Assembly (NCBI GenBank): GCA_963760795.1
Contig: CAVXEP010000034.1
Coordinates: forward strand, 32,001 to 96,000
From: an uncultured delta proteobacterium
GTDB lineage: Bacteria; Desulfobacterota; Binatia; UBA9968
DNA length: 64,000 bases
Direction: 5' to 3'
The stretch's first letter is position 1. The number at the start of each line of letters is the position of its first letter. Of this stretch, positions 52,326 to 60,112 are shown piece by piece. Under the pieces are notes generated by a model. The model was not told the origin of the DNA. It saw only the letters and a list, made by a program, of their open reading frames with translations, and did not search any database. The position numbers were made by a program, and so were the translations under genes.

Positions 52326-52997
52326 ATGATCAAAGCACTGATCTTCGATTTCGACGGCATCATCATCGATAGCGAAAGTCCGGAACTATTGGCCTGGCAG
52401 GAAGTCTTCGCTGCCCACGGGAGGGAGCTTGACTTGGACGTCTGGGCCGATCTGGTCGGCCGGCCGGGCAACCACTTCGATCTCTACCGATACTTTCAAG
52501 AGCATATCGATCCCGTCGCCGACATCGATGCTCTGCGCATAGAGCGGCGTGCCCGGGTCATCGCGTTGACGGAAGCGCAGCCGGTATTGCCGGGAGTGGA
52601 GGATTACTTGCGCGGCGCTTTCGATCTCGGCTTGAAAATTGGCATGGCGTCGAGTTCTTCGGCGAACCATGTGCGCGGACACTTACAACGGCTCGAACTA
52701 CTACAATACTTCCACACGACCAAATGTTTCGAGGACACCGAAGCCCATAAGCCCGAACCGGCGCCCTATCGAGCGGTGCTCGACGAGCTCGGTGTCGCTC
52801 CTCATGAAGCCGTGGCGTTCGAGGATTCGCCCAACGGCGTGACCGCAGCGCGGGCGGCTGGCATCTTTTGCGTCGCCGTGCCCAATCCGGTGACCTGTCG
52901 CTTGCCGCTGGATCATGCCGATCATCGTTTGGCGTCCCTCGCCGATGAAGCGCTCGAACAACTCCTGATGCGGGCGCTGGCGAAGATTACATCGTGA
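52326..52997 (+). CDS. HAD-IA family hydrolase
   Basis: FDFDGIIIDSE, ASSS, KPEP, FEDSPNG. Confidence 0.92.
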   Translation: MIKALIFDFDGIIIDSESPELLAWQEVFAAHGRELDLDVWADLVGRPGNHFDLYRYFQEHIDPVADIDALRIERRARVIALTEAQPVLPGVEDYLRGAFDLGLKIGMASSSSANHVRGHLQRLELLQYFHTTKCFEDTEAHKPEPAPYRAVLDELGVAPHEAVAFEDSPNGVTAARAAGIFCVAVPNPVTCRLPLDHADHRLASLADEALEQLLMRALAKITS

Positions 52998-53134
52998 ACG
53001 GCGTAATTGGGCGCATGTTACTTTGGCCGGCAACTTCATGCCATATTGGTACCGTTGGAGTTGCGCCGGATTCGATCTGGTTGTTGCCGGTTATGTGCTG
53101 GGACGATTTGCCAAGTCATAGAAAAGGAAATGTC

Positions 53135-54130
53135 ATGCTCCACCTTTTCAGCTTCGTTGTCGCGATTCTTATCGGTCTTCTTTCCCTCATTGCTCCCGTG
53201 GCGGCGCAGCCTTTGGAGAAACTGCGCTTGGCCTACAGCGCCATCGCCGGTTCGCAGGCGTCATTTTGGATTCCCTACGAAGCGGGGGTTTTCCGCAAGC
53301 ATGGATTGGACGTCGAATTACTTTACGTTGGCGGCGGCGGGCGCGCGGCGCAAGTGGTGCAGTCGGGCGAAGTGCCGATCGGGACTTTTACCGGTGGTGC
53401 GGTCGTCAATGCCAATCTGGCGGGCGGCGACCTGGTCATCATCGCCAGCTCACTGAACGTGTTTACCTTCGTCGTCATGGCCAAGCCCGAGATCCGCGGC
53501 GTGGAAGATTTGAAAGGGAAAAAGATCGGCATCTCGCGCTTTGGCTCGGCAACCGACTTTGGCTTGCGCTTCGCGGAGAGCCAATGGCCGATCAAGCGGC
53601 AGCGGGATTTTGCCGTGATCCAGATCGGCGGCGTGACCGACATCTTGGCGGCGCTTCGAACCGGCGCCGTCGATGCCGGCGTGATCAACGCCGAGCTCGC
53701 CATCCTGGCGCGCCGGGACGGGTTTCGCGACGTTGCCGATATTTCAAAGATGGGTCTGAGCTTTCCCACCTCGTCGATTGTCAGCACTCGTTCCTACATC
53801 AAGCGCAATGAAAACACGGTCAGAAAATTCATCCGGGCATACGCTGAGGGCGTCCACTTCGCCAAGACGCAGCGCGCTTTCAGCGTCCAGGTCATGAGTA
53901 AGTATATGCGCAACAATGACGTCGCGTTGGTCAACGATCTCTACGATTTGTACATTGTGCAGAATATCCCGAGGATACCGCGGCCAACGCCGGAGCCGAT
54001 AAAAACCGTCCTCGACCAAATTGCCGAAACCGACCCGCGGGTTGCCAGCCTCAAACCGGAGCAGTTTATCGACGGACGGTTTTTTGCCGAGCTGGAGAAG
54101 GAAGGGTTTATTCAGAAGCTGTGGAAATGA
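53135..54130 (+). CDS. ABC substrate-binding protein, NMT1/THI5 family
   Basis: Signal peptide, GVFRKHGLDVEL, DLKGKKIGISRFGS. Confidence 0.9.
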   Translation: MLHLFSFVVAILIGLLSLIAPVAAQPLEKLRLAYSAIAGSQASFWIPYEAGVFRKHGLDVELLYVGGGGRAAQVVQSGEVPIGTFTGGAVVNANLAGGDLVIIASSLNVFTFVVMAKPEIRGVEDLKGKKIGISRFGSATDFGLRFAESQWPIKRQRDFAVIQIGGVTDILAALRTGAVDAGVINAELAILARRDGFRDVADISKMGLSFPTSSIVSTRSYIKRNENTVRKFIRAYAEGVHFAKTQRAFSVQVMSKYMRNNDVALVNDLYDLYIVQNIPRIPRPTPEPIKTVLDQIAETDPRVASLKPEQFIDGRFFAELEKEGFIQKLWK

Positions 54131-54145
54131 GAATGAGTCGAATGA

Positions 54146-54218
54146 GGTTAACTACTGTGCCCACCCGCAGCCGCGTGGTGGCAACGGCGCGGCTGTCGGG
54201 TGCAGCGGAGGGTTAGAC
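54146..54218 (-). other. attC site 4 (terminal, partly degenerate)
   Basis: Minus strand GTCTAAC..gctgcacccgacagccgcg / cgcggctgcgggtg..GTTAACC. Confidence 0.8.
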
Positions 54219-54221
54219 GGT

Positions 54222-55610
54222 TCATCGCAGGTCCGGATCTGGATCTCGGGTAACGGGCTTCAGGCCGATGTGGTCGGCCATTTCAGCGCCCGTGAAGTTC
54301 TCCGTGAAACTTGCCGCTGTTTCCGGGAGCATCGTCGCGTTCCACGTGTTCCACTCGCCAACGAGTCGATCGTATATGTCGCGGTGGCGGTCCCTGAGGT
54401 TGGCACGTTCGAGCGGATCGGCGACCACGTTGAACAAGAACGTGTTGTCGAGAATCTTGAGGTATTTCCAGTCCCCAATGCGAGCCGCTCGCTGCCACAA
54501 CGACTTGTAACGCCAGAACAGCCTACGCTCCACGATCGGCACCCCTTGGGCGAGATGAGGTAGAAGGTTCATCCCGTCTGACGGATAGCCCGGATCGGCG
54601 TCGACGCCCGCGGCGCCTAGCAAGGTGGGAAGCCAGTCCATGTTGACCGTCACCTGCTCGCTGACGCGCCCGGCGGCAATGCGCGCCGGCCATGACACGA
54701 TCGCGGGAATCCTTAGACCACCTTCAAGTAACTCCATCTTCTTGCCAGTGAATGGCCAGGTGTCGGAGAAGCGCTCGCCCCCGTTGTCGCTGGTGAAAAT
54801 CACGATCGTGTCCCGGTTGATGCCGTTCTCCTCCAGGGCGACAAGTACCCGGCCGATTTGCGTGTCCATCGCCACAACAATTCGACGGTAGGTCTCCTGC
54901 GACCCGCCGTCCCAGTGGATCAGATCGCGGCCACGCAGGCGCTCCGCCTCTGCCTGATCCCCCGGCGCTTCCCATGGCCAATGCGGGGCGTTGAAGTGCA
55001 GACTAAGCAGGAACGGCCGTCCGGTCTGCGCATAGTCCCGGATGACAGTGACAGCCCGATCGCCGAACAGGTCCGTACTATACCCTTCTTCCGAAATCGG
55101 CGTGTCCTTATCCCAGAAGTCGGGCGCCCCCCTACGCCCCGTGTGGAAGTAGTAATCCAGGGTTCCACCGCGGTAACCGTAGAAGTGGTCGTAGCCGCTC
55201 TTGAGCGGGCCGAAATCTGGCAAACCGCCCAGATGCCACTTGCCAATCAACGTGGTGCCGTAACCGCCCTTCCGCAGCAGCGAGGGGAGTGTTGGGTGCT
55301 CGGGTGGTAGGCCGACGCCGGGCGGGCTGTTGGCCGATAGCGGCTCCTCCAGACCGACGGGCATTCGAAGTTGGTAACGACCGGTGATGATCGCCACGCG
55401 CGACCCCGTGCATACGGGCGAGCTCGCATAGCCCTGTGTGAATCGCACGCCTTGCGCAGCCAACCGATCGATGTTCGGCGTGACCAGATCACGACGACCG
55501 TAGCACGACACGTCTGCGTAACCCATGTCGTCAGCAATGATGAACACGATGTTCGGCCGTCGGGCTTGCGGCTGCACGCGACGCGTGATTTCGTCTGTCA
55601 TCGGTCCCAT
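54222..55610 (-). CDS. Sulfatase (arylsulfatase A-like), cassette 4
   Basis: PNIVFIIADDMG, CTGSR, GKWHLG, APHWPW, SDNGG, EGGLRIP. Confidence 0.93.
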   Translation of the reverse strand: MGPMTDEITRRVQPQARRPNIVFIIADDMGYADVSCYGRRDLVTPNIDRLAAQGVRFTQGYASSPVCTGSRVAIITGRYQLRMPVGLEEPLSANSPPGVGLPPEHPTLPSLLRKGGYGTTLIGKWHLGGLPDFGPLKSGYDHFYGYRGGTLDYYFHTGRRGAPDFWDKDTPISEEGYSTDLFGDRAVTVIRDYAQTGRPFLLSLHFNAPHWPWEAPGDQAEAERLRGRDLIHWDGGSQETYRRIVVAMDTQIGRVLVALEENGINRDTIVIFTSDNGGERFSDTWPFTGKKMELLEGGLRIPAIVSWPARIAAGRVSEQVTVNMDWLPTLLGAAGVDADPGYPSDGMNLLPHLAQGVPIVERRLFWRYKSLWQRAARIGDWKYLKILDNTFLFNVVADPLERANLRDRHRDIYDRLVGEWNTWNATMLPETAASFTENFTGAEMADHIGLKPVTRDPDPDLR

Positions 55611-55659
55611 CGTGATCCTTTACGTGGAGTAGTAGTAGTCCTCGCGGTCCCAGGTTGCC

Positions 55660-55744
55660 GTCTAACGCGATGCCGCTGAGCCGTCGTCGCGGATATACCA
55701 GTCAAGTGCCATAGCCAATTATCGGCTCAAGCTACGGGTTAGGG
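55660..55744 (-). other. attC site 3
   Basis: Minus strand (G)CCCTAAC..gcttgagccg / cggctcagc..GTTAGAC. Confidence 0.85.
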
Positions 55745-56172
55745 CTATCGGCTCGCACCAGAAACCGCCTGTTCAACAAAAGAGACAATCTCAGCTACTG
55801 AAACGTTGAAAACACCACCTTTTGCGCTCTTCCAGTCGGCGTAACCAGGCTGGAAATCTGGAAACGACACGTTCGACGTAGATAGTTTGGTAACACTCTT
55901 CTCCAACGCCACTCTGGCAACGGGCGCGTGCGGTAGTTCAATCAGAATGCCTTTCGGACCTTTAACCTTCACTCCAACGATACTGATATGAAAAACGTCT
56001 CCAAGCTTCGGAGCGCGATCTACTTTTGCGATCCTTAGCAGGGAGCCAGTCTCACCGGGGCGGGTCTTATATTCCCACACCGGCCCTCGGCAAAGCACTG
56101 CGCGGAAACTTGACCGGAACCAAGAAACCCCAAACCAATCAAAGCCAATCCCCAGAGTTTCATCTTCGTCAT
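55745..56172 (-). CDS. Secreted hypothetical protein, cassette 3 (frameshift near 56083)
   Basis: MTKMKLWGLALIGLG... signal peptide continues after one indel into VWEYKTRPGE...HAP...GY..WK..KGGVF. Confidence 0.75.
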
Positions 56173-56174
56173 AG

Positions 56175-56261
56175 CCCTAACGGCATGCGGCCAAGCCGTG
56201 GCAAACAAGCGAGCCTGAAAGGCGAGCGCTCTCGACATCAGACTTAAGCCGCGGGTTAGCC
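56175..56261 (-). other. attC site 2
   Basis: Minus strand GGCTAAC..cggcttaag / cttggccg..GTTAGGG; the upstream gene's TAA stop lies inside R''. Confidence 0.8.
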
Positions 56262-56681
56262 AGCCGCCCAAGAACTTCGAACGCTACCCGGCGGAACTCG
56301 TGTTTCAATGTATCGAGCGACAGCTCCCAGTTCCGGAAACTGCGACCTCCCGAGCGTGAGGTGCGCAGAGCCACGGTAAACGGCGATGCCAGGGATTGTT
56401 CCCGTGCCACTCAGATGTGCCTCTGTGATTTCTGTCCAGATCCACTGCTGCCTCCCCCGAATCGTTATGAACGAGACGCCCTCATCAGAAATCCGAACCA
56501 TCGACTGAAAAATACTAGTGACGATAACCCAGCAAGCGAACAGTACGAGCATGGCCGCGAAGACACCGAGGCCGTCACTTATTAGAAGGGTTAGCCCAAG
56601 AGCACCGGCCACGGCGCCGACTACGCATGCCACGATAGGTGATCGAGTTCGAAACTCATTCATTGTCATCGGATAGGGCAA
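56256..56681 (-). CDS. Hypothetical membrane protein (two TM helices plus a PH-like beta domain), cassette 2
   Basis: Fills the space between attC1 and attC2; hydrophobic N-half; VRISDEGV...W.W.EI pattern; alternative ATG at 56669. Confidence 0.7.
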   Translation of the reverse strand: MPYPMTMNEFRTRSPIVACVVGAVAGALGLTLLISDGLGVFAAMLVLFACWVIVTSIFQSMVRISDEGVSFITIRGRQQWIWTEITEAHLSGTGTIPGIAVYRGSAHLTLGRSQFPELGAVARYIETRVPPGSVRSSWAAG

Positions 56682-56691
56682 TTGTCAGCCT

Positions 56692-56748
56692 GGCTAACGC
56701 TGTGCCGCTGAGCGATCTTATCAGATTCGCTCAAGCGGCGGGTTATCT
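56692..56748 (-). other. attC site 1
   Basis: Minus strand AGATAAC..ccgcttgagcga / tcgctcagcgg..GTTAGCC, 57 bp. Confidence 0.88.
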
Positions 56749-56760
56749 CGATGGGAACGT

Positions 56761-57117
56761 TCACGCAAGGACGTTCAAAGTAGCCGCTGCTCTCCGGAAC
56801 GGCTTGTCCAACGTCCAAATTGCGCACCTTGTGAGCAACGTCGAAGCGAGAAGATGAGCATCCACCCAACCGATACCCCGCCCGTATAAACGCTGCGCTT
56901 CTATGAACCTCATGATTTCCTCATGTTCCAGCAAATGAGCCTCGGGCAAGGCTTTCAACATGCTCAAAATCTCGACCCGTTTGTGTAACGTTCCGCAAGC
57001 CAATTCACCTATAACGAACGGATGGCAAAGAACTTGTTCGTCAAGTAGCAGACCTCTTAGACGATCACTTCCCGCTCGGAAATGCTCGACCCAGACCGAG
57101 GTGTCAACGAGAATCAT
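56761..57117 (-). CDS. vapC: PIN-domain toxin VapC, cassette 1
   Basis: ILVDTSVW, HPFVIGELACG, GIGWVDAHLLAS, WTLDK. Confidence 0.92.
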   Translation of the reverse strand: MILVDTSVWVEHFRAGSDRLRGLLLDEQVLCHPFVIGELACGTLHKRVEILSMLKALPEAHLLEHEEIMRFIEAQRLYGRGIGWVDAHLLASTLLTRCAIWTLDKPFRRAAATLNVLA

Positions 57118-57320
57118 GCAAAGCGGCGGGGACGACGTCTCCGAATACTGCGAAGCCGCTTCTCCGTACCCCCGAGATTGGCTAAACGGCGGGCACTCTC
57201 TTTGGCAATGAGAGCCTCAAGCCCCAAGCGTACCAAGGAAGTCTTTTCCTCGACTCCAGTCAGCTTGGCAGCGTCCCTTAAAAGAGAATCATCAATGTTG
57301 AGCGTTGTTCTCATATGCAT
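57114..57320 (-). CDS. vapB: Antitoxin VapB, cassette 1
   Basis: MRTTLNIDD.LL..A, KT.LV..GL.AL, ARRLA.LGG; 4-nt overlap with vapC. Confidence 0.92.
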   Translation of the reverse strand: MHMRTTLNIDDSLLRDAAKLTGVEEKTSLVRLGLEALIAKESARRLANLGGTEKRLRSIRRRRPRRFA

Positions 57321-57323
57321 ATT

Positions 57324-57352
57324 AGGATGCCCGAATCATGCATACGGGTCAA
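57324..57352 (-). promoter_or_regulatory. Putative vapBC promoter inside the cassette
   Basis: TTGACC-17-CATCCT, with ATGCAT palindromes in the spacer and at the start codon. Confidence 0.55.
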
Positions 57353-57361
57353 GTGTGGAAG

Positions 57362-57385
57362 AGATAACTATTGAGTGAACTGATC
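57362..57385 (-). other. Putative attI site
   Basis: GTTATCT core complements attC1 R'' (AGATAAC); no attC hairpin upstream. Confidence 0.65.
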
Positions 57386-57419
57386 TCGTATATTGGATAT
57401 CCAACAATCATCAATTCGA

Positions 57420-57449
57420 AATTTACTCCTGCAATCAACAGGTTGTCAA
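57420..57449 (-). promoter_or_regulatory. Putative cassette promoter Pc
   Basis: TTGACA-18-TAAATT pointing into the array, about 50 nt upstream of the attI core. Confidence 0.55.
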
Positions 57450-57525
57450 TTGTCACTGCCGCTCGTATAGCCAATATCGCTGGTCACGTATATTCAATAT
57501 ACGAGCACTGCGGACCCGTTGCTTG

Positions 57526-57615
57526 CAGTCCGTCGGCCTGAGTACGCACGTCCTAGCCGCCACGATTTAGCGTATGCGCGTAGATCATCGTCGTGCCAAC
57601 ACCGCGCTGCACAGT
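57526..57615 (-). pseudogene. intI: 3' relic of an integron integrase (tyrosine recombinase box II and tail)
   Basis: Reads TVQ-RGVGTTMIYAHTLNRGG*DVRTQADGL versus the IntI pattern TVQELLGHxDVSTTMIYTHVLNRGGxGVRSPxDxL. Confidence 0.82.
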
Positions 57616-57711
57616 TAGTTCCGGGGCAGAGACGAAGGCGATTCTTCTAACTAGAATCGGCTCCATTGTGATACTTGACAACACAGCGAATTTGAGGAGA
57701 GTTTCTATCCC

Positions 57712-58305
57712 ATGAGTAATTTGAACGGGCGAATCTGTGTGTTCACTGGTTCCCGCCATGGGCTTCGTCCGGAATATGCCGCCGTCGCCAAGCAACTCGG
57801 CCGCGAACTGGTCGCGCGCGGCTACGGCCTTGTCTATGGCGGCGGCAAAGTCGGTTTGATGACGGTGATCGCGGACATGGTTCTGGAATTGAAAGGACAT
57901 GTCACCGGTGTGATTCCCAATTCGTTGGTTGGCAAAGAAGTTGCGCACTTGGGCTTGACCGCTTTGCGCGTGGTCGATTCGATGCACGAGCGTAAGGCGC
58001 TGATGGCGGAGTTATCCGACGGTTTTATCGCCATGCCGGGCGGTATCGGCACCATGGAAGAGTTGTTCGAGGTTCTTAGTTGGGCGCAGTTGGGGTTGCA
58101 TGAGAAGCCCTGCGCATTGTTGAATGTCGCGGGATACTACGATCCGCTGATTCAGTTTCTCGATCGTGCTGTCGAGCAGGATTTTATTAAGGCGAAGCAT
58201 CGCGCGTTGCTGATTGTGGAAAGCGACCCGGGCGCGTTGCTCGATGGATTTGCCAAACTGATTGTGGTTCATGCGGCGAAAATATTCGACGCGAAGGTGA
58301 CCTAG
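57712..58305 (+). CDS. LOG family nucleotide monophosphate nucleosidase (TIGR00730-like)
   Basis: LVYGGG.VGLM, MHERK, PGGIGTMEE. Confidence 0.93.
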   Translation: MSNLNGRICVFTGSRHGLRPEYAAVAKQLGRELVARGYGLVYGGGKVGLMTVIADMVLELKGHVTGVIPNSLVGKEVAHLGLTALRVVDSMHERKALMAELSDGFIAMPGGIGTMEELFEVLSWAQLGLHEKPCALLNVAGYYDPLIQFLDRAVEQDFIKAKHRALLIVESDPGALLDGFAKLIVVHAAKIFDAKVT

Positions 58306-58346
58306 CGCACTAAGAAATCGCAGCGGTCGCAGGACAGGGAGGAATC

Positions 58347-59366
58347 ATGTCATTTTTCCTTTGTTTGGCCCTCTTGTTTGGTTTCGGTGTTCCTTGGCCA
58401 TTTGTCACTGAGGCCGGCGCACAAACCGCGGCGTCGTCCGCCGCATTGATCGAGGCCGCTAAAAAAGAAGGCCAGGTGGTTTTCTACACACCGCTCAACA
58501 TCAACGACTCCCGGCCGCTGTTGCAACGCTTCGAGCAGAAATATCCGTTTATCAAAACCGATCTATTGCGCATGAGCGCCGAGCCGCTGCTCAACCGCAT
58601 TGTCACCGAAGACCGCGCCGGGCGGAACGTCGTCGACGTGATCAACAATACCGTGATCACCGCCTTGAAGAAGGCGCGTTTGCTGCAGCCCTATCGTTCG
58701 CCCGAGTTCCCCGCGTACCTCGATCAGTTCAAAGATCCCGAGGGCTCTTGGGCCTCGCTCAACAACAATTACTACGTGCTTGGCTACAACACCAAGCTGG
58801 TGAGTGCCAAGGAAGCACCGACGGACTGGCAGGATCTGCTGCATCCCAAGTGGCGCGGTAAAATCGGCATGGACCAGGAAGAATTTGAATGGTTCGCCGC
58901 TACCACGGATGTTTGGGGACGGGAGCGCGCGGGCAAATATCATCGCGCCCTGGCGCAGCAACAGATCAACTGGCGCAAGGGACACACTTTGATCTCCCAG
59001 CTGATCGCCGCCGGCGAATTTCCCATTGGCGTCGTTTACGCGCATCGCATCGAGTCGATGAAGAAAGCCGGCGCGCCCATCGAGTGGGTCAAGACGGTGA
59101 ATCCAGTGTTCGTATCACTTGCGCCGGTGGCATTGGCAGCAAAAGCGCCCCATCCCAACGCGGCGCGTCTGCTGCTCGATTTCTTACTCTCGAAAGATTC
59201 CCAGCAGTTTTTGCGCAACTCCAATCGCATTTCCGGACGCGCCGACGTCGAGCCGCTGGTGCCGGAAATGCATCATAGCAAACTGAAACTGACCGCCATC
59301 GATCCGCAGATCGCCGAGGATTTGAATCGCCACGCCAGCGAGTTCCGCGAGATTTATTTTCGCTAG
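58347..59366 (+). CDS. Extracellular solute-binding protein (Fe3+/thiamine ABC type)
   Basis: AKKEGQVVFY, YNTKLV, DLLHPKWRGK, APHPNAA. Confidence 0.88.
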   Translation: MSFFLCLALLFGFGVPWPFVTEAGAQTAASSAALIEAAKKEGQVVFYTPLNINDSRPLLQRFEQKYPFIKTDLLRMSAEPLLNRIVTEDRAGRNVVDVINNTVITALKKARLLQPYRSPEFPAYLDQFKDPEGSWASLNNNYYVLGYNTKLVSAKEAPTDWQDLLHPKWRGKIGMDQEEFEWFAATTDVWGRERAGKYHRALAQQQINWRKGHTLISQLIAAGEFPIGVVYAHRIESMKKAGAPIEWVKTVNPVFVSLAPVALAAKAPHPNAARLLLDFLLSKDSQQFLRNSNRISGRADVEPLVPEMHHSKLKLTAIDPQIAEDLNRHASEFREIYFR

Positions 59367-59391
59367 TCCGCATAGCTCGGATTCGGAAATT

Positions 59392-59504
59392 TCTCTCGCA
59401 AAGGCGCAAAGACGCTAAGTTCGGAGGGGAGTTATAGAGCGTTCTTGCGAACGCTCCACAACCGTGTTTTCCGAACTTTGTGGCCCCGGCGTTTTTGCGG
59501 GAGA
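59392..59504. repeat. CGCAAAG-periodic inverted-repeat element
   Basis: tctcgcaaaggcgcaaagacgctaagttcgga ... tccgaacttt...tttgcgggaga, with an internal gagcgttc/gaacgctc hairpin. Confidence 0.65.
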
Positions 59505-59607
59505 CACTCCGAAATTTCGCTGCTAATTGCTGTGCAAGCGCTACCGTTTTACTTGCGATTTCTGCTATTCAGATGAGATACATGAAGAGAAGGAGCGGCT
59601 TATTTGA

Positions 59608-60111
59608 ATGGACTCGCATGCAAGGGTTTTGACCAATCTTGAGCGCCGAACTCTCGAAGCGATCGCCGAGCGGATTTTTCCCAAGACCGAGAGTCCCGGC
59701 GCGATCGAAATCGGCGCGGTGGATTATATCGAGATCGCCTTGGCCGGCGATTACGCGCCGTTGTTGCCGCTCTATCGCGCCGGTGTGAAATCGCTCAACC
59801 GCCACGCCAAGACGAAGTGCGCTGGACAGTTCGCCCGCCTCGACGAGAAACAGCAGGATGAGGTTCTCAAAGACTGCGAATCCGGCGCGGTGGCGGGATT
59901 CAAAAAAGCCGCGGAGTTTTTCGACATGGTCAAATATCATGTCTTCGAGGGACTGTTCTGCGAGCCGCACTATGGCGGCAATAAAAACATGGACGGTTGG
60001 CGGGCGGTGGGATTTCCCGGCCAACAGTGGGGTTACCCAGATCCCTATGTCAATAAGCCGGTCGACATCGCGCCGGTGGCGGTGGACTACACCAAGGCGG
60101 AGATGAAATAA
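59608..60111 (+). CDS. Gluconate 2-dehydrogenase subunit 3 family protein
   Basis: RIFP...PGA, EGLF..P.YGGN..M.GW...GFPG; no clear Tat signal. Confidence 0.88.
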   Translation: MDSHARVLTNLERRTLEAIAERIFPKTESPGAIEIGAVDYIEIALAGDYAPLLPLYRAGVKSLNRHAKTKCAGQFARLDEKQQDEVLKDCESGAVAGFKKAAEFFDMVKYHVFEGLFCEPHYGGNKNMDGWRAVGFPGQQWGYPDPYVNKPVDIAPVAVDYTKAEMK

Positions 60112-60112
60112 C

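Larger units (their letters stand above)
54146..57615 (-). mobile_element. Integron remnant: decayed intI, putative Pc/attI and a four-cassette array
   Basis: Four attC hairpins, each directly after a minus-strand gene; each cassette's first bases complement its own R'' box; intI C-terminal relic upstream. Confidence 0.9.

Noticed and set aside
54146-56748. Spaced palindromic repeats read as a CRISPR array or simple terminators
   Set aside because: Units differ in length and sequence, are separated by whole genes, lack U-tails and have attC R/L box structure; no cas genes are present.
57553-57987. 144-aa minus-strand ORF as a real gene
   Set aside because: Most of it is antisense to the LOG gene; only its last ~20 codons are meaningful, as the intI relic.
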